The notes under the pieces are model-generated. The model made no database searches and was not told the DNA's origin. It was given only the letters and a program-made list of their open reading frames with translations. The position numbers and the translations under genes are program-made. Positions 25,840 to 34,707 of a stretch of 38,437 nt of DNA are shown here, one piece after another. The stretch comes from a virus (taxonomy: Duplodnaviria > Caudoviricetes), in IMG/VR virus record IMGVR_UViG_3300032219_002516, positions 1 through 38,437 of that record; one strand, given 5' to 3'. The stretch's first letter is position 1. Every line of letters begins with the position of its first letter.

Positions 25840-26661
25840 TCAGTTCACGATGCGTTGGTGGCGGCGGAGCAGGTGCGGCACTTGTCGCTCCATCTTGTTC
25901 TGCTGCACCATCACCGCCCATTGGAAGCGACGCGCCAGATCGCGGGTCGTGCCTGCGTAGCGCACGTCGTTCCTGATCACGATGCTCAGATCGTCGCCGG
26001 TCAGATTCATCGCCAAGCCACCCGGCGCACTGTGTCGCCGCATGAACAGGGGGATCGACACACCTAAACCCTTTGCCGCGGATTTGAATCCGCCACCGAG
26101 GAAGCCCACGCGGGGCTCGAGCGTTTTGAGATACCGCTCAAAAGTCGAGCGTCGGATCACCATCTGATCGAGGAATTTCCAGCGGCCGATATTCCGCTCG
26201 TAGCTCCCTGCCGTCGTCATCTTGCCGTTTTTGAAATACCGTTGGTGGTGGTCCCGCAGTTCCTGCATCGAAGCGTTCGGCTTGAAGTATTGCTTCTCTG
26301 TGCCGTAGACCGATCCATCCTTCCGCACGAATAGCCGCACGTTCTCCGACTGGTAGATCCCCGTGTCTAGCGCCGAGTCGATCATGCTGTCTGGCAATAC
26401 GACGAAGACGCCGGCGCGGCGATTGCCACGACTGCGGCCTCCCCCTGCTAGATCTCGGCGCATCGCTCCGAGCCCTGACCCTTTGGCCGATGAGATCGAC
26501 GTGTTGTTTTGGTTGAAGGGCGGGGTCACCTTCAGCACCTCGCGCATCACCCCCTTCGCCTGATTCTTCAGTTCGTCGGCGAAGGATCGGCCTGACAAAA
26601 GCGCGAAGCGCCCCACATCTCGGGAAAAGGCCTCGCTGTCGATTGTGATGCCGTCACTCAT
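25840..26661 (-). CDS. Neck/tail completion protein (HK97 gp10-like)
   Basis: Basic; VLKVTPP...IVIRNDVRYA motifs. Confidence 0.5.
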   Translation of the reverse strand: MSDGITIDSEAFSRDVGRFALLSGRSFADELKNQAKGVMREVLKVTPPFNQNNTSISSAKGSGLGAMRRDLAGGGRSRGNRRAGVFVVLPDSMIDSALDTGIYQSENVRLFVRKDGSVYGTEKQYFKPNASMQELRDHHQRYFKNGKMTTAGSYERNIGRWKFLDQMVIRRSTFERYLKTLEPRVGFLGGGFKSAAKGLGVSIPLFMRRHSAPGGLAMNLTGDDLSIVIRNDVRYAGTTRDLARRFQWAVMVQQNKMERQVPHLLRRHQRIVN

Positions 26662-27307
26662 CTTCGTCGTCGGGAGTCAAGGCCGCCACGTTGAAATCCT
26701 CGAAGGTCTCCTCTGGCACCCGTCGATCCCGGCCCGGCACCGTCCATCGTCCCTCGCGCCGGCGGTCGACGTGATACGCCTGCCACGCCTCCCAGATCGG
26801 CACGTGCCAGCAGGCCCGCTCCCGCGGCTCGCCCAGCACCTCGCAGGTCACCGCGATCTGCAGCGCCAGGAGCGTCGGCGAGATCACATCTGGCGGCGTG
26901 TCGTCGGGTGCTGCGCCGGTGCGCGCAGGCTTTTCTCGGATCCGGATCTCGGTCGAGGCCAGCAGTGCCATCACCCGCTCGCGAAAGGCGCGCCACTCCC
27001 CGAGCAGGGCGATCGTCGCCGCTGCGCTCGTCTCGCGGTAGATCATCTGATCGCGCCACCGGCCATCCCAGAGGGCGCGGCTGATCTCATCGATCGGCGC
27101 AGAGTGCAGCCACACGTAGGCCAGCACCTCGCGCATCTCATCCAGTGGATCCTCCCAGGTCGCCAGGGGATCGAGCACCTTCAGCCCCATCACCTTCACC
27201 GCCTGGTGCGAGCACAGCGAAAGGCTCCGCATCGGCTGCTCGAAGAGCAGCGTGTCTGGTGGGAACCACGCAAAGGGCAGGGTCAAAACTTGTTGGAAAT
27301 CTCTCAT
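26654..27307 (-). CDS. Putative tail assembly chaperone
   Basis: Lies between the tail tube and tape measure genes; acidic C-terminus. Confidence 0.5.
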   Translation of the reverse strand: MRDFQQVLTLPFAWFPPDTLLFEQPMRSLSLCSHQAVKVMGLKVLDPLATWEDPLDEMREVLAYVWLHSAPIDEISRALWDGRWRDQMIYRETSAAATIALLGEWRAFRERVMALLASTEIRIREKPARTGAAPDDTPPDVISPTLLALQIAVTCEVLGEPRERACWHVPIWEAWQAYHVDRRREGRWTVPGRDRRVPEETFEDFNVAALTPDDEDE

Positions 27308-27310
27308 GCG

Positions 27311-27787
27311 TCACTTCTCCATCATCCCGTGAAACGCGCGCAGCATCGCCGCGTCGCCGCCGATCTTTCCGAAGCACGCCCGCCGGCCTTCCTCGGCCAT
27401 CGCCACCAGGGGCTCGTCCTCGAATCGTTTCGCGAGGGCAGCCATCCACTTCTCGAAAGCCGGGCACCCTGTCACAAAATGCCGCAGGATGTCGTCACCG
27501 CGCCACTTCTCCACCCATTCACTGAGGCGGAGACTTTCATCGGCGAAGGTCACCCGACGCGCCAGGAAGTGCAGGCGCAGGATCCTCGTCAGCTCGCCAC
27601 GCTTCGCGTCTTTGAATTCCGGCAGGCGCTTTTTCCCGACGATGAGATTCTCGATCGCGCATTCCGGCGGCGGCACGAGACGGAATCCGACCCAGTGCAC
27701 TGCCGCGATCTCTGCGAGTCGTCGCGGTAGTCGATCGCCCAGAGGCTCCTCGTAGGCGAGCGTCACGATGCCGGCGTGCCCGAGCAT
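27311..27787 (-). CDS. Hypothetical tail-module protein
   Basis: 158 aa; directly after the tail tube gene. Confidence 0.55.
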   Translation of the reverse strand: MLGHAGIVTLAYEEPLGDRLPRRLAEIAAVHWVGFRLVPPPECAIENLIVGKKRLPEFKDAKRGELTRILRLHFLARRVTFADESLRLSEWVEKWRGDDILRHFVTGCPAFEKWMAALAKRFEDEPLVAMAEEGRRACFGKIGGDAAMLRAFHGMMEK

Positions 27788-27788
27788 C

Positions 27789-28475
27789 TCAGACGTCGAT
27801 GTAGTGCTGACCGTCGGCCGACCAGCGGTTCCAGTCGCCGCGCTTCTCGCCTTCCATCAGGCTCGAGACCACGACCTTGCCAGTCGTGGCACCGACGAAG
27901 TCCACGCCGCCACTGCCGAGAGACAGGCCAGCAGGCTTGTCGCCGCGGCCCGCGATCGCGAAGGTGCGGCGAGGCGTGTGCGTCGCCCTGGCAGCCGGGG
28001 CTCCGTCCGTGCCGACCAGCACCTTGTCCTCGAGCGTCGAGCTGCGTCGCACGCTCTCGACGATCGCGTAGGTCACCGACGTCACCGTCAGGTCGGCGAT
28101 CACCGGCTCTGCCCCGACTTCGGCCGGGGTCGCCGGATCGTCCGAGAAAGCGATCGCCCCACTCGCCCGGCAGGAAAACTGCACGCGCGAGTTGGGTGCC
28201 TCAGTCAGCTCGACCGAAAGTTTCGTGAGCGTCGAGGGCGTCGCGATGGTTCCAGCCGTCAGTGCCAGGCTGTGCGGGCCTTCGCCCGACACCGTCGCCT
28301 CGACCATGGCCATGTTGATCGGATCCGCATGGATCACTTCTGCAGCCGCCGTCGAGAGCACCTCGTTCACCTCGACCGTGGAAGTCTTCTGGCAATCGTC
28401 TGCCACTGCTCCGGTGGCCAAGGTGATGCCGTAGGTGGTCGCAATAGTGGAGGTGATGTTCAGGTGCGCGGACAT
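27789..28475 (-). CDS. Major tail (tube) protein, apparently two tandem domains
   Basis: T/S/A/V-rich beta protein at the tail tube position; the two halves share a pattern. Confidence 0.6.
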   Translation of the reverse strand: MSAHLNITSTIATTYGITLATGAVADDCQKTSTVEVNEVLSTAAAEVIHADPINMAMVEATVSGEGPHSLALTAGTIATPSTLTKLSVELTEAPNSRVQFSCRASGAIAFSDDPATPAEVGAEPVIADLTVTSVTYAIVESVRRSSTLEDKVLVGTDGAPAARATHTPRRTFAIAGRGDKPAGLSLGSGGVDFVGATTGKVVVSSLMEGEKRGDWNRWSADGQHYIDV

Positions 28476-28488
28476 GGTGGTGTTGGGG

Positions 28489-28494
28489 TGTCAA
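28489..28494 (-). promoter_or_regulatory. TTGACA late-gene motif (tail tube)
   Basis: 13 nt before ATG 28475. Confidence 0.7.
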
Positions 28495-28943
28495 TTTTCA
28501 GAGCGAACGAGGCCGACCTTCACCTCGAAGTGCGGAGCGAAGTTTGCCGTCTCCCGACCGGATTGCCATCCAGTCACGTAGATCCCGGCTCCATCCCATC
28601 CCGTGAGTCGGTCGGCGATTTCTTCGCCGATGTCAGCCTCCACCGTCGCACTGTCGATCGTGGAAAAAGCCCGGGCCACCGCCTGCTCGAAGAGGCTCGC
28701 CAGCTCGGCCACCGCGACCGGCTCAGCCGGAGTCATCACGTGGACGTGGATCATCGCCTCGAGCAGCTGGGGAAAACTTTGCGGCACACTCGACGCCGCG
28801 ACCACCACGAGGGTCTTTGCCTTCGGCGCAGCCGTCACCGAGGTCGCCGCCTTCACGGTCCACGTGCCTGCGGTCAGCGTCTCATCCGCATCCATGGCGG
28901 CGGCCAGGTAGGCTGCCACCGCTTCCTCGATCTCGGTGATCAT
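28491..28943 (-). CDS. Tail terminator-like protein
   Basis: Start MITEIEEAVAAYL with ATGA overlap; position before the tail tube gene. Confidence 0.55.
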   Translation of the reverse strand: MITEIEEAVAAYLAAAMDADETLTAGTWTVKAATSVTAAPKAKTLVVVAASSVPQSFPQLLEAMIHVHVMTPAEPVAVAELASLFEQAVARAFSTIDSATVEADIGEEIADRLTGWDGAGIYVTGWQSGRETANFAPHFEVKVGLVRSEN

Positions 28944-29284
28944 TCGTCGTCGGATCCGGGTGAGCGGCGGCATCGCAGCAGCCAGTGCTGATCGAGGTGG
29001 GTGTGGCCTCCGACCGACTCGATCAGGAATCCCCTGCCGTCGATCGTCAGCGTCTTGCCACGCAGGGGCTCGCCCGTGAATTCAAGCTTCGGGATCACGA
29101 CCGAGGCGAGCTGGTTGATCTCAGGGTGCCCGGCCTGGTCAAAGCCGTATCCCTCCGTGCCCATCGTCGCGCCGGCGATCGGGGTCTGCCCGTCGATCTC
29201 GACTGAGGCAGGATGTCGCTGCACGATCGCCGCGAGGCTCGCCGTGCGAGCAGCGTCGAGGGCGGCAGCGACGGAGCGGGCCAT
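28940..29284 (-). CDS. Head closure (gpFII-like) protein
   Basis: PLRGKTLTIDGRGFLIESV...WLLRC pattern. Confidence 0.6.
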   Translation of the reverse strand: MARSVAAALDAARTASLAAIVQRHPASVEIDGQTPIAGATMGTEGYGFDQAGHPEINQLASVVIPKLEFTGEPLRGKTLTIDGRGFLIESVGGHTHLDQHWLLRCRRSPGSDDE

Positions 29285-29287
29285 CGC

Positions 29288-29623
29288 TCACTTCCCTTTC
29301 TTCGGGCTCATCGCTCCCGGCTCGGCCAGCGGCAGCTCCCCGGCCTCACCTTCACCGGAGAGATCACTCTCTCCGGATCCGGTGATGGCGGTGGGCTCAA
29401 TGGGGGCGGAAACGATTTCAGCTGGCGTGTGCGCAGCGACCCAGGCGTCGTTCACCTTTCGGATTCCCTTGGGGTTCCGGACCCATCGCTTGATCGCGAA
29501 TCGTGGGTCGGGCTCCATCGCGACGCGCGCCTCGTCGCCATCCCGCCCGCAGTAAACCACGGTGGGGGAGGCGGTCGCGTTCAGCGCGTCGTAACCGATG
29601 ACAAGGTGCAGTCGAGGACTCAT
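29288..29623 (-). CDS. Hypothetical protein after the capsid gene
   Basis: 111 aa; low-complexity C-terminus. Confidence 0.55.
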   Translation of the reverse strand: MSPRLHLVIGYDALNATASPTVVYCGRDGDEARVAMEPDPRFAIKRWVRNPKGIRKVNDAWVAAHTPAEIVSAPIEPTAITGSGESDLSGEGEAGELPLAEPGAMSPKKGK

Positions 29624-29648
29624 GGGTCAGTGCGGTGGGGGTTCTCGG

Positions 29649-30848
29649 TCAGGCCGAGATGAGGCGGTGGCCACCCTTGTCGGTGAGCGCGCCGGCGGCG
29701 TTGGTGGAGAGCTGGCGGCCGACGGCCGAGCCCCAGACCAGCGTCATGTGCAGGAAGCTGTTGAGCGTCCCGGTCTGACCTTCTGCAACAGCGGCGAGGG
29801 TGAGGCCGGTGGCGGGGTCGGTCCAGGTGTAGGTCTCGCTGAGCTTCGGCGCACCGAAGCCTTCGCCGACGACGGTCTCGAAATCCTCGGGGATCCCTGC
29901 GAGCACCGCCAGGGCGGAGGGCTCGAAGAAGACGCCGGTGAGGTTCTCGACCAACTGCACAGTGCCGGCGGTGTAGTTGGTGGTGATGTCGACGGCGGCA
30001 CCACCAGCGGTGGCCGAGACCTTGAAGGTGTCGGTCGCCACATCGCGGACAAAGTAGTCCGTGGTGCCGGCAGTGAGACCCGCTCCGCCAGTGAGGGAGG
30101 GGAAGTAGACGCGGTCGCCGTTCTGGAACGAGTGAGCGACCAAGTTGATCACGTCGGTCGAGGCCGTTCCGGTGATCGCGGTGGCGGTGCCGTTGTTGGT
30201 CGGAAGCTCGGGCCATTCGAAGACCTCCTGGAATCCGGCGATGTTCTGGAAGACACGGAGGGATTGACCCCCTTGCATGTCGCCGCGGAAATCGGCGGAG
30301 AGGACGCGCTCGTCGAGGTGGAGCGAGCTGGCGACGTTGGTGTTCACCATGCCGACGCGGCCGAGATCAGAGGCACCGGCGATGTTCATCGCGTCGCGGA
30401 TCGCGTTCACGGCATCGTAGTCGCTATTCGCGACAGAGTAGATCGACTGGTTCGTCAGCGTGCGGCGGCTGACCTTTCCGACGATGTCAGCGACGACGGC
30501 CTTGGCCATGGCGTAGCCGGCATTGGCGATCACCTTCTGATACTCCTGCTTCTTGTCGGCGATGCTGTTGAGGTGACGCCATTTCAGCGAGACCTTCTTG
30601 TGCTTGTCGACCGTGATCGGCACGTCGGTGAGGAGGTCGCGCGCATTCTGCGGGCTCGCTTGGTAGCCGCCGTTGGCCTCGTCGTAGTCGCCCACGGTGG
30701 GCACTCCGGCGATGTGGGCGGTGTAGGTCTGCCCGAGCTTGAGGCCCGAGGTGCGGAAGTCACGGCCCATGCGATTCAGCGCGGGCACACGAACCTTGAA
30801 GGCATCAAGGACGTCGGCGAGGATTTCTTCAACGATAAGAGTCGGCAT
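29649..30848 (-). CDS. Major capsid protein (HK97 fold, P22-coat-like) with inserted beta domain
   Basis: GQTYTAHI...DVPITVDKHKKV...AGYAMAKAVVADI...IAGFQEVFEW; strongly C-ending codons; follows protease and scaffold. Confidence 0.85.
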   Translation of the reverse strand: MPTLIVEEILADVLDAFKVRVPALNRMGRDFRTSGLKLGQTYTAHIAGVPTVGDYDEANGGYQASPQNARDLLTDVPITVDKHKKVSLKWRHLNSIADKKQEYQKVIANAGYAMAKAVVADIVGKVSRRTLTNQSIYSVANSDYDAVNAIRDAMNIAGASDLGRVGMVNTNVASSLHLDERVLSADFRGDMQGGQSLRVFQNIAGFQEVFEWPELPTNNGTATAITGTASTDVINLVAHSFQNGDRVYFPSLTGGAGLTAGTTDYFVRDVATDTFKVSATAGGAAVDITTNYTAGTVQLVENLTGVFFEPSALAVLAGIPEDFETVVGEGFGAPKLSETYTWTDPATGLTLAAVAEGQTGTLNSFLHMTLVWGSAVGRQLSTNAAGALTDKGGHRLISA

Positions 30849-30902
30849 GGTCGTTTTCTGGTGGGATTGTCAGGTGGGTGATTCGGTTGCCCGGGAGTCA
30901 AA

Positions 30903-31436
30903 TCAGGCGTCGCGCATCGTGCGGATCTGGGCGACGAGGCGGTGTTTCTCAGCAGGATCAGAGGTCTGTGCGACGCGCGCGCGCAGCTCGTCGATGGAGG
31001 CGTGGTCGACTTCTTCAGAGGCCGGCAACTGCGCAGCGGAGAATCCGATCTGCGCCACTTTCTCCTGGGCCTTTTTCTCGACGGTGCTTTCCTTGGCCTT
31101 CAGCTCAGCGGCTTCGGCTTCGGCGGCCTCGAGGGCTTTGCCAAATTCAGCCGCTTCATTTTCCATCGCGGTGATCTTCGCGGTCGCTTCGTCGAGGGCG
31201 GCCTGCGCCGAGGCGAGTTCGCCAGTGATGCGCTCGACTAGAGCAGTCTGCTCGGCCACCGTCTCGTCGCGCTCAGCGATCGTGGCGAGCATCGAGCTGC
31301 GGGATTGAATGGCTGCAGTCAGGCGTTGCCCGATCGTCAGCTTCACTTCGTCGGCTTTGATTTCACCCCCGGCATCGGGATGTCCGGGATCCTCTTCACG
31401 GAGAGAGGTCGGTGCAGAAAAGAGATTCGTGGTCAT
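30903..31436 (-). CDS. Scaffolding-like coiled-coil protein
   Basis: A/E-rich heptads; directly upstream of the capsid gene; ATG 31436. Confidence 0.65.
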   Translation of the reverse strand: MTTNLFSAPTSLREEDPGHPDAGGEIKADEVKLTIGQRLTAAIQSRSSMLATIAERDETVAEQTALVERITGELASAQAALDEATAKITAMENEAAEFGKALEAAEAEAAELKAKESTVEKKAQEKVAQIGFSAAQLPASEEVDHASIDELRARVAQTSDPAEKHRLVAQIRTMRDA

Positions 31437-31450
31437 GCACCCCACCGGGG

Positions 31451-31456
31451 TGTCAA
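31451..31456 (-). promoter_or_regulatory. TTGACA late-gene motif (scaffold/capsid)
   Basis: 14 nt before ATG 31436. Confidence 0.7.
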
Positions 31457-31457
31457 T

Positions 31458-31871
31458 TCACGCCGCTCTCACCTCGAAAGGTCCGAGGCCGACTCGCACC
31501 AGCCGAAAGGGTGCGCGCACGAAAGCCAGATCGATCTGCAGCTCCTCTCCGTGGTGGATCATAAAAAGATCACGCAGCTGCGCGATGGTGATTTTCTGAC
31601 CTGGCTGGATCTCGCCTCGCACGTAGGCAAGCATGATGCGCTCCCACGGACGCTTCATCTCCCGCTGCCGGCGCGAGAGCACCGGCTGCACCGCAAAGGC
31701 TGGCCGCCGCTTTTTGTCGTGGCGCGGCTTCGATTTCTTTTTCTCCCCAGGCACGACGGCGCAGGGATTCAGCCGACCTCCGACCGGCTTTTTCACCGGG
31801 CCGAAGTGGCTCTGCTCGGCAGCCATCGCCGCCAGCAGCGGCAGGTCTTTCACTTCGATACGTCGGATCAT
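31458..31871 (-). CDS. Basic hypothetical protein between protease and scaffold
   Basis: ATG 31871 with SD-like GGAGGGG; K/R-rich; 137 aa. Confidence 0.55.
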   Translation of the reverse strand: MIRRIEVKDLPLLAAMAAEQSHFGPVKKPVGGRLNPCAVVPGEKKKSKPRHDKKRRPAFAVQPVLSRRQREMKRPWERIMLAYVRGEIQPGQKITIAQLRDLFMIHHGEELQIDLAFVRAPFRLVRVGLGPFEVRAA

Positions 31872-31885
31872 CTCTTCCCCTCCGG

Positions 31886-32794
31886 TCACACCAACGAGAG
31901 GAACTCTTCCCAGCCCCCCACGATCCCATCGGCGAGATGTCGTGCGACCGCCTCGGCTCCACCGAAGGTCTGCCCCTGCATGGTCTCGTTGCTCACTTTC
32001 CGGCGGGCCATCGACACGGCCGAGGTGAACCATCCATTGATCTCCTCGACCTTCGTCTGGAGTAGGGCACGATCTTCCTGATTCAGAGGGCGGCCCGGCA
32101 GGCCCATGCCCTTGTGTTTTCCGGCTCCGAAAAATTCGAGGCGTACCCCTTCGAGCTGCATCTTCACCGACTCATCGAGCCATGCGAGATAGGTGCCGAT
32201 TGATCCCACGGTCGAGGAGGGCGTCGCGTAGAATTCGTCCGCCTGCGATCCGATCCAGTAGCCCGCCGAGCAGCACCGCTCGTCGGTGAATGCGTAGACC
32301 GTCTTGCCTCGCATCTGCGTCACACTTCGGATCAGAGCACCGAGTTCGGGGATCCCTGTCACCTGACCGCCCGGGGTGGCGAGGTCGAGGATCAAGGTCT
32401 TCACCTCTTTCGCCGCTGCCGCCTGGGCGACAGCGTGGGCGATCGCGTTGATGTCGGTCACGCCTTGGCAGGCCTCCTCGATGAAGGAGGCATTCTTCGC
32501 CAGGATACCGTAGACCGGTATCACCGCGATCTCAGGTCGGCCCTCGACGGTGGAGTAGAATCGACCATCCATCACCTGACCGGTCTTGTCGTCGATCATC
32601 GGCCGGGCCTTCGTCATGCGCCGGCCGTTGTAGGGATTCTTCCCGGGCTTTTCCGCGGCCTGCGCCTCGCCGAGATCCATCCCCTGCCCCATCGTGATCC
32701 GAGGCCACAGGGTCGCATGGATCGAGCGGAAGACATCACGATCGACGCAGAGCGGCTCGCAATACACGGAGTGGTAGAGAAGAGGGTATTTCAT
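31886..32794 (-). CDS. S49 (SppA/lambda gpC-like) prohead protease
   Basis: LILDLATPGGQV, CCSAGYWIGSQAD, VGSIG, AGKHK. Confidence 0.92.
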   Translation of the reverse strand: MKYPLLYHSVYCEPLCVDRDVFRSIHATLWPRITMGQGMDLGEAQAAEKPGKNPYNGRRMTKARPMIDDKTGQVMDGRFYSTVEGRPEIAVIPVYGILAKNASFIEEACQGVTDINAIAHAVAQAAAAKEVKTLILDLATPGGQVTGIPELGALIRSVTQMRGKTVYAFTDERCCSAGYWIGSQADEFYATPSSTVGSIGTYLAWLDESVKMQLEGVRLEFFGAGKHKGMGLPGRPLNQEDRALLQTKVEEINGWFTSAVSMARRKVSNETMQGQTFGGAEAVARHLADGIVGGWEEFLSLV

Positions 32795-34350
32795 GGCAGA
32801 GGCTCGTCGTCCGGATCCTCGTCCGGCTCGTTGTTGGGATCATTGTCGGGATCCTCCATGTCGGTCACCGGGGCGGCAGCGTTCGGTCCGAAGAATTGCG
32901 GATAGGCCTCCTGCATCGTCAGGCCACGCTTCGCGGCTCCCTCCTTCATGTAGGCCCGCTCGTCGAGGTAGTCGTCGGTCTCGATCCGCCAGTCTTCTCC
33001 ACGGTAACCGTAGAGGGTGCGCAGGGTGATGTGGCCCTGTTTATACTGCTCGATGTGCAGCTTGCCATCGCGGCCGAAGTCCACCGTCAATCGCATCGGC
33101 GTGAGCCAGGTGTGGGCCATCCACTCGGGGTGGAAGTCCAGCTCGCCCATCGCGATCGCATCGGCAAGGTGCGCCAGGTAGACAGGCGCACAGTAGGTCT
33201 CGACGAGGATCTCCTGCAGCTCCTCGATCCGGCTCTGGGCCGAGGCCATCACGAATCGGGTGTTCGCCCCTCCGAGTCCGGTGGCGTTCCACAACGTCTC
33301 CGGGAAAAAGCCCGTGCCCACCGAGACGTCGCGGATCAGCGAGTCGAGGTGGTTCGCCACGTTGGGGTGAGGGCGTTGATCGTGGAGGATCTTCAGCGAT
33401 TGACCAGGTTGCAGCTCCTCGATCTGGCCGCTCTCGACGAGCTGCTCGAGGGTGAGTCGTTTGCCATTCGGTAGCTGCACCGAAGTCAGTGGCCGCCGCG
33501 GTGCCATCGTCCCGGTCTGTGGCCCGGGCGATCCCGCCTGCGTCTCGATCGCGTAGCCGAGATGGGCCGCCAGCTTGATGCCCTTCGTCGTCGCCGCGAG
33601 GATCTCGCCGCGGTCGAGCAGCCGGCCGACTGCGTGATAGAGGCAGCTCACCCCTCGCGCCTGGCCGATCCGCTCGTAGTCGGTCACGAGCGTGCAGTGC
33701 ATGGCGTCCACATCCGTCCGTCCGTCCGCGGCGTCGAGTCGATTGTGGAGGATGCGGTAGGCAGTCGCCCCGCGGTGCCGGTCCATGTAGACGCCATCGA
33801 CCCAGCCTTTCGAGTCGACGGTGCCACTCGCGATTTGGTTGCCCTCATAGAGTGCGACGCGCAGGGCACCGCTCTCGGTGCGCGCGAAGACATTCAGCAG
33901 GTCACCGTCTTTCAGCCATCCTCGCACCACCGCCCGCTGCGAGGAGGTAAAGGAATATTTCCGAGCGAGGTGGAAAGTCTGCCTCGATCCGGTGCGCGCC
34001 TCGAACACTGCCTGCGCTCGTCGATTCCATGCCGCCGAGCTGGTCGTAGGCTGCACGGCCAGACCGGTGCCGCAGACCATCCGGGCGATCCCGTTGATCA
34101 GGCCGCGGACGAAGCCGATGCCGTTATACATCGCCCTGGTGCGCTTCATCAATTCAGTGCGGCTCCACGAGTCGACCTCGCGCTCAGTGTCGAGCGTGGG
34201 GAAATAAACGTATCCGCGATCTCTCGACAGCTCGGCACCTGGGAACGAGCCCACCGAGGCGGAGGGCGTCAGGTCGGGTGCGACGAGGTGTCCGTCACCA
34301 CGTGGCGACGGAGAGAGAAAATGGGAATTTCGGCGGGATCGGCGGGACAT
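32791..34350 (-). CDS. Portal protein, lambda family
   Basis: RAMYNG...VCGTGL...WLKDGD...GVYMD...QARGVS; follows the gpW-like gene; start is 34350 or 34365. Confidence 0.88.
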   Translation of the reverse strand: MSRRSRRNSHFLSPSPRGDGHLVAPDLTPSASVGSFPGAELSRDRGYVYFPTLDTEREVDSWSRTELMKRTRAMYNGIGFVRGLINGIARMVCGTGLAVQPTTSSAAWNRRAQAVFEARTGSRQTFHLARKYSFTSSQRAVVRGWLKDGDLLNVFARTESGALRVALYEGNQIASGTVDSKGWVDGVYMDRHRGATAYRILHNRLDAADGRTDVDAMHCTLVTDYERIGQARGVSCLYHAVGRLLDRGEILAATTKGIKLAAHLGYAIETQAGSPGPQTGTMAPRRPLTSVQLPNGKRLTLEQLVESGQIEELQPGQSLKILHDQRPHPNVANHLDSLIRDVSVGTGFFPETLWNATGLGGANTRFVMASAQSRIEELQEILVETYCAPVYLAHLADAIAMGELDFHPEWMAHTWLTPMRLTVDFGRDGKLHIEQYKQGHITLRTLYGYRGEDWRIETDDYLDERAYMKEGAAKRGLTMQEAYPQFFGPNAAAPVTDMEDPDNDPNNEPDEDPDDEPLP

Positions 34351-34355
34351 GAGAT

Positions 34356-34670
34356 TCAGCCCCACACGGAGCGGCGGTCGTGGAAATCAGCGTATCGGTT
34401 CGCGCCGTCGGCCTTCTCGTCGGCGGCTTCAGCGTCCAGCACCTGCAGGCAATTCTCGGCGATGGCCAGCAGTTCGCGGGCGGGGATGTCGCGCATCAGC
34501 GTCGACGAGACGCCCTCCATCGAGGTCGAGGTCACGAACGTGTCCCCGGCTGCCACTGCCGCGAAGGCGTCCGCATGGATGCATCCCATCCACGTCGCCG
34601 CCGGCACGGGTTGAAGGCGTGCCTGTCGAAGGAACGCTGCAACAAGGGTCTGTTGATCGACTGCCGCCAT
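34356..34670 (-). CDS. Head-tail joining (gpW-position) protein
   Basis: 104 aa; between terL and portal, as in lambda. Confidence 0.55.
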   Translation of the reverse strand: MAAVDQQTLVAAFLRQARLQPVPAATWMGCIHADAFAAVAAGDTFVTSTSMEGVSSTLMRDIPARELLAIAENCLQVLDAEAADEKADGANRYADFHDRRSVWG

Positions 34671-34706
34671 CGTTCCGGCGGTGCTGTCAATTGGCCGGAG
34701 CCACTG
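34653..34706. repeat. 54-bp perfect direct repeat, copy 1
   Basis: TTGATCGACTGCCGCCATCGTTCCGGCGGTGCTGTCAATTGGCCGGAGCCACTG, identical to 35670-35723. Confidence 0.95.
34685..34690 (-). promoter_or_regulatory. TTGACA late-gene motif (gpW-like/portal)
   Basis: 14 nt before ATG 34670. Confidence 0.7.
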
Positions 34707-34707
34707 G

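Noticed and set aside
26654-27787. Programmed frameshift between tail chaperone genes
   Set aside because: The two ORFs are separate with their own start and stop, and I saw no convincing slippery heptamer at the junction.
29598-30881. 427-aa plus-strand ORF opposite the capsid gene, and similar long plus-strand ORFs (e.g. 27768-28991, 16622-17659, 2102-3169, 33562-34614)
   Set aside because: Shadow frames of high-GC genes with no motifs and no coupling to neighbours, unlike 6288-7682.
7900-34600. High frequency of GATC, CGATCG and TCGA
   Set aside because: Plausibly explained by ATC/GAT/GTC/GAG codon usage at high GC; it cannot be shown to be enriched without counting.
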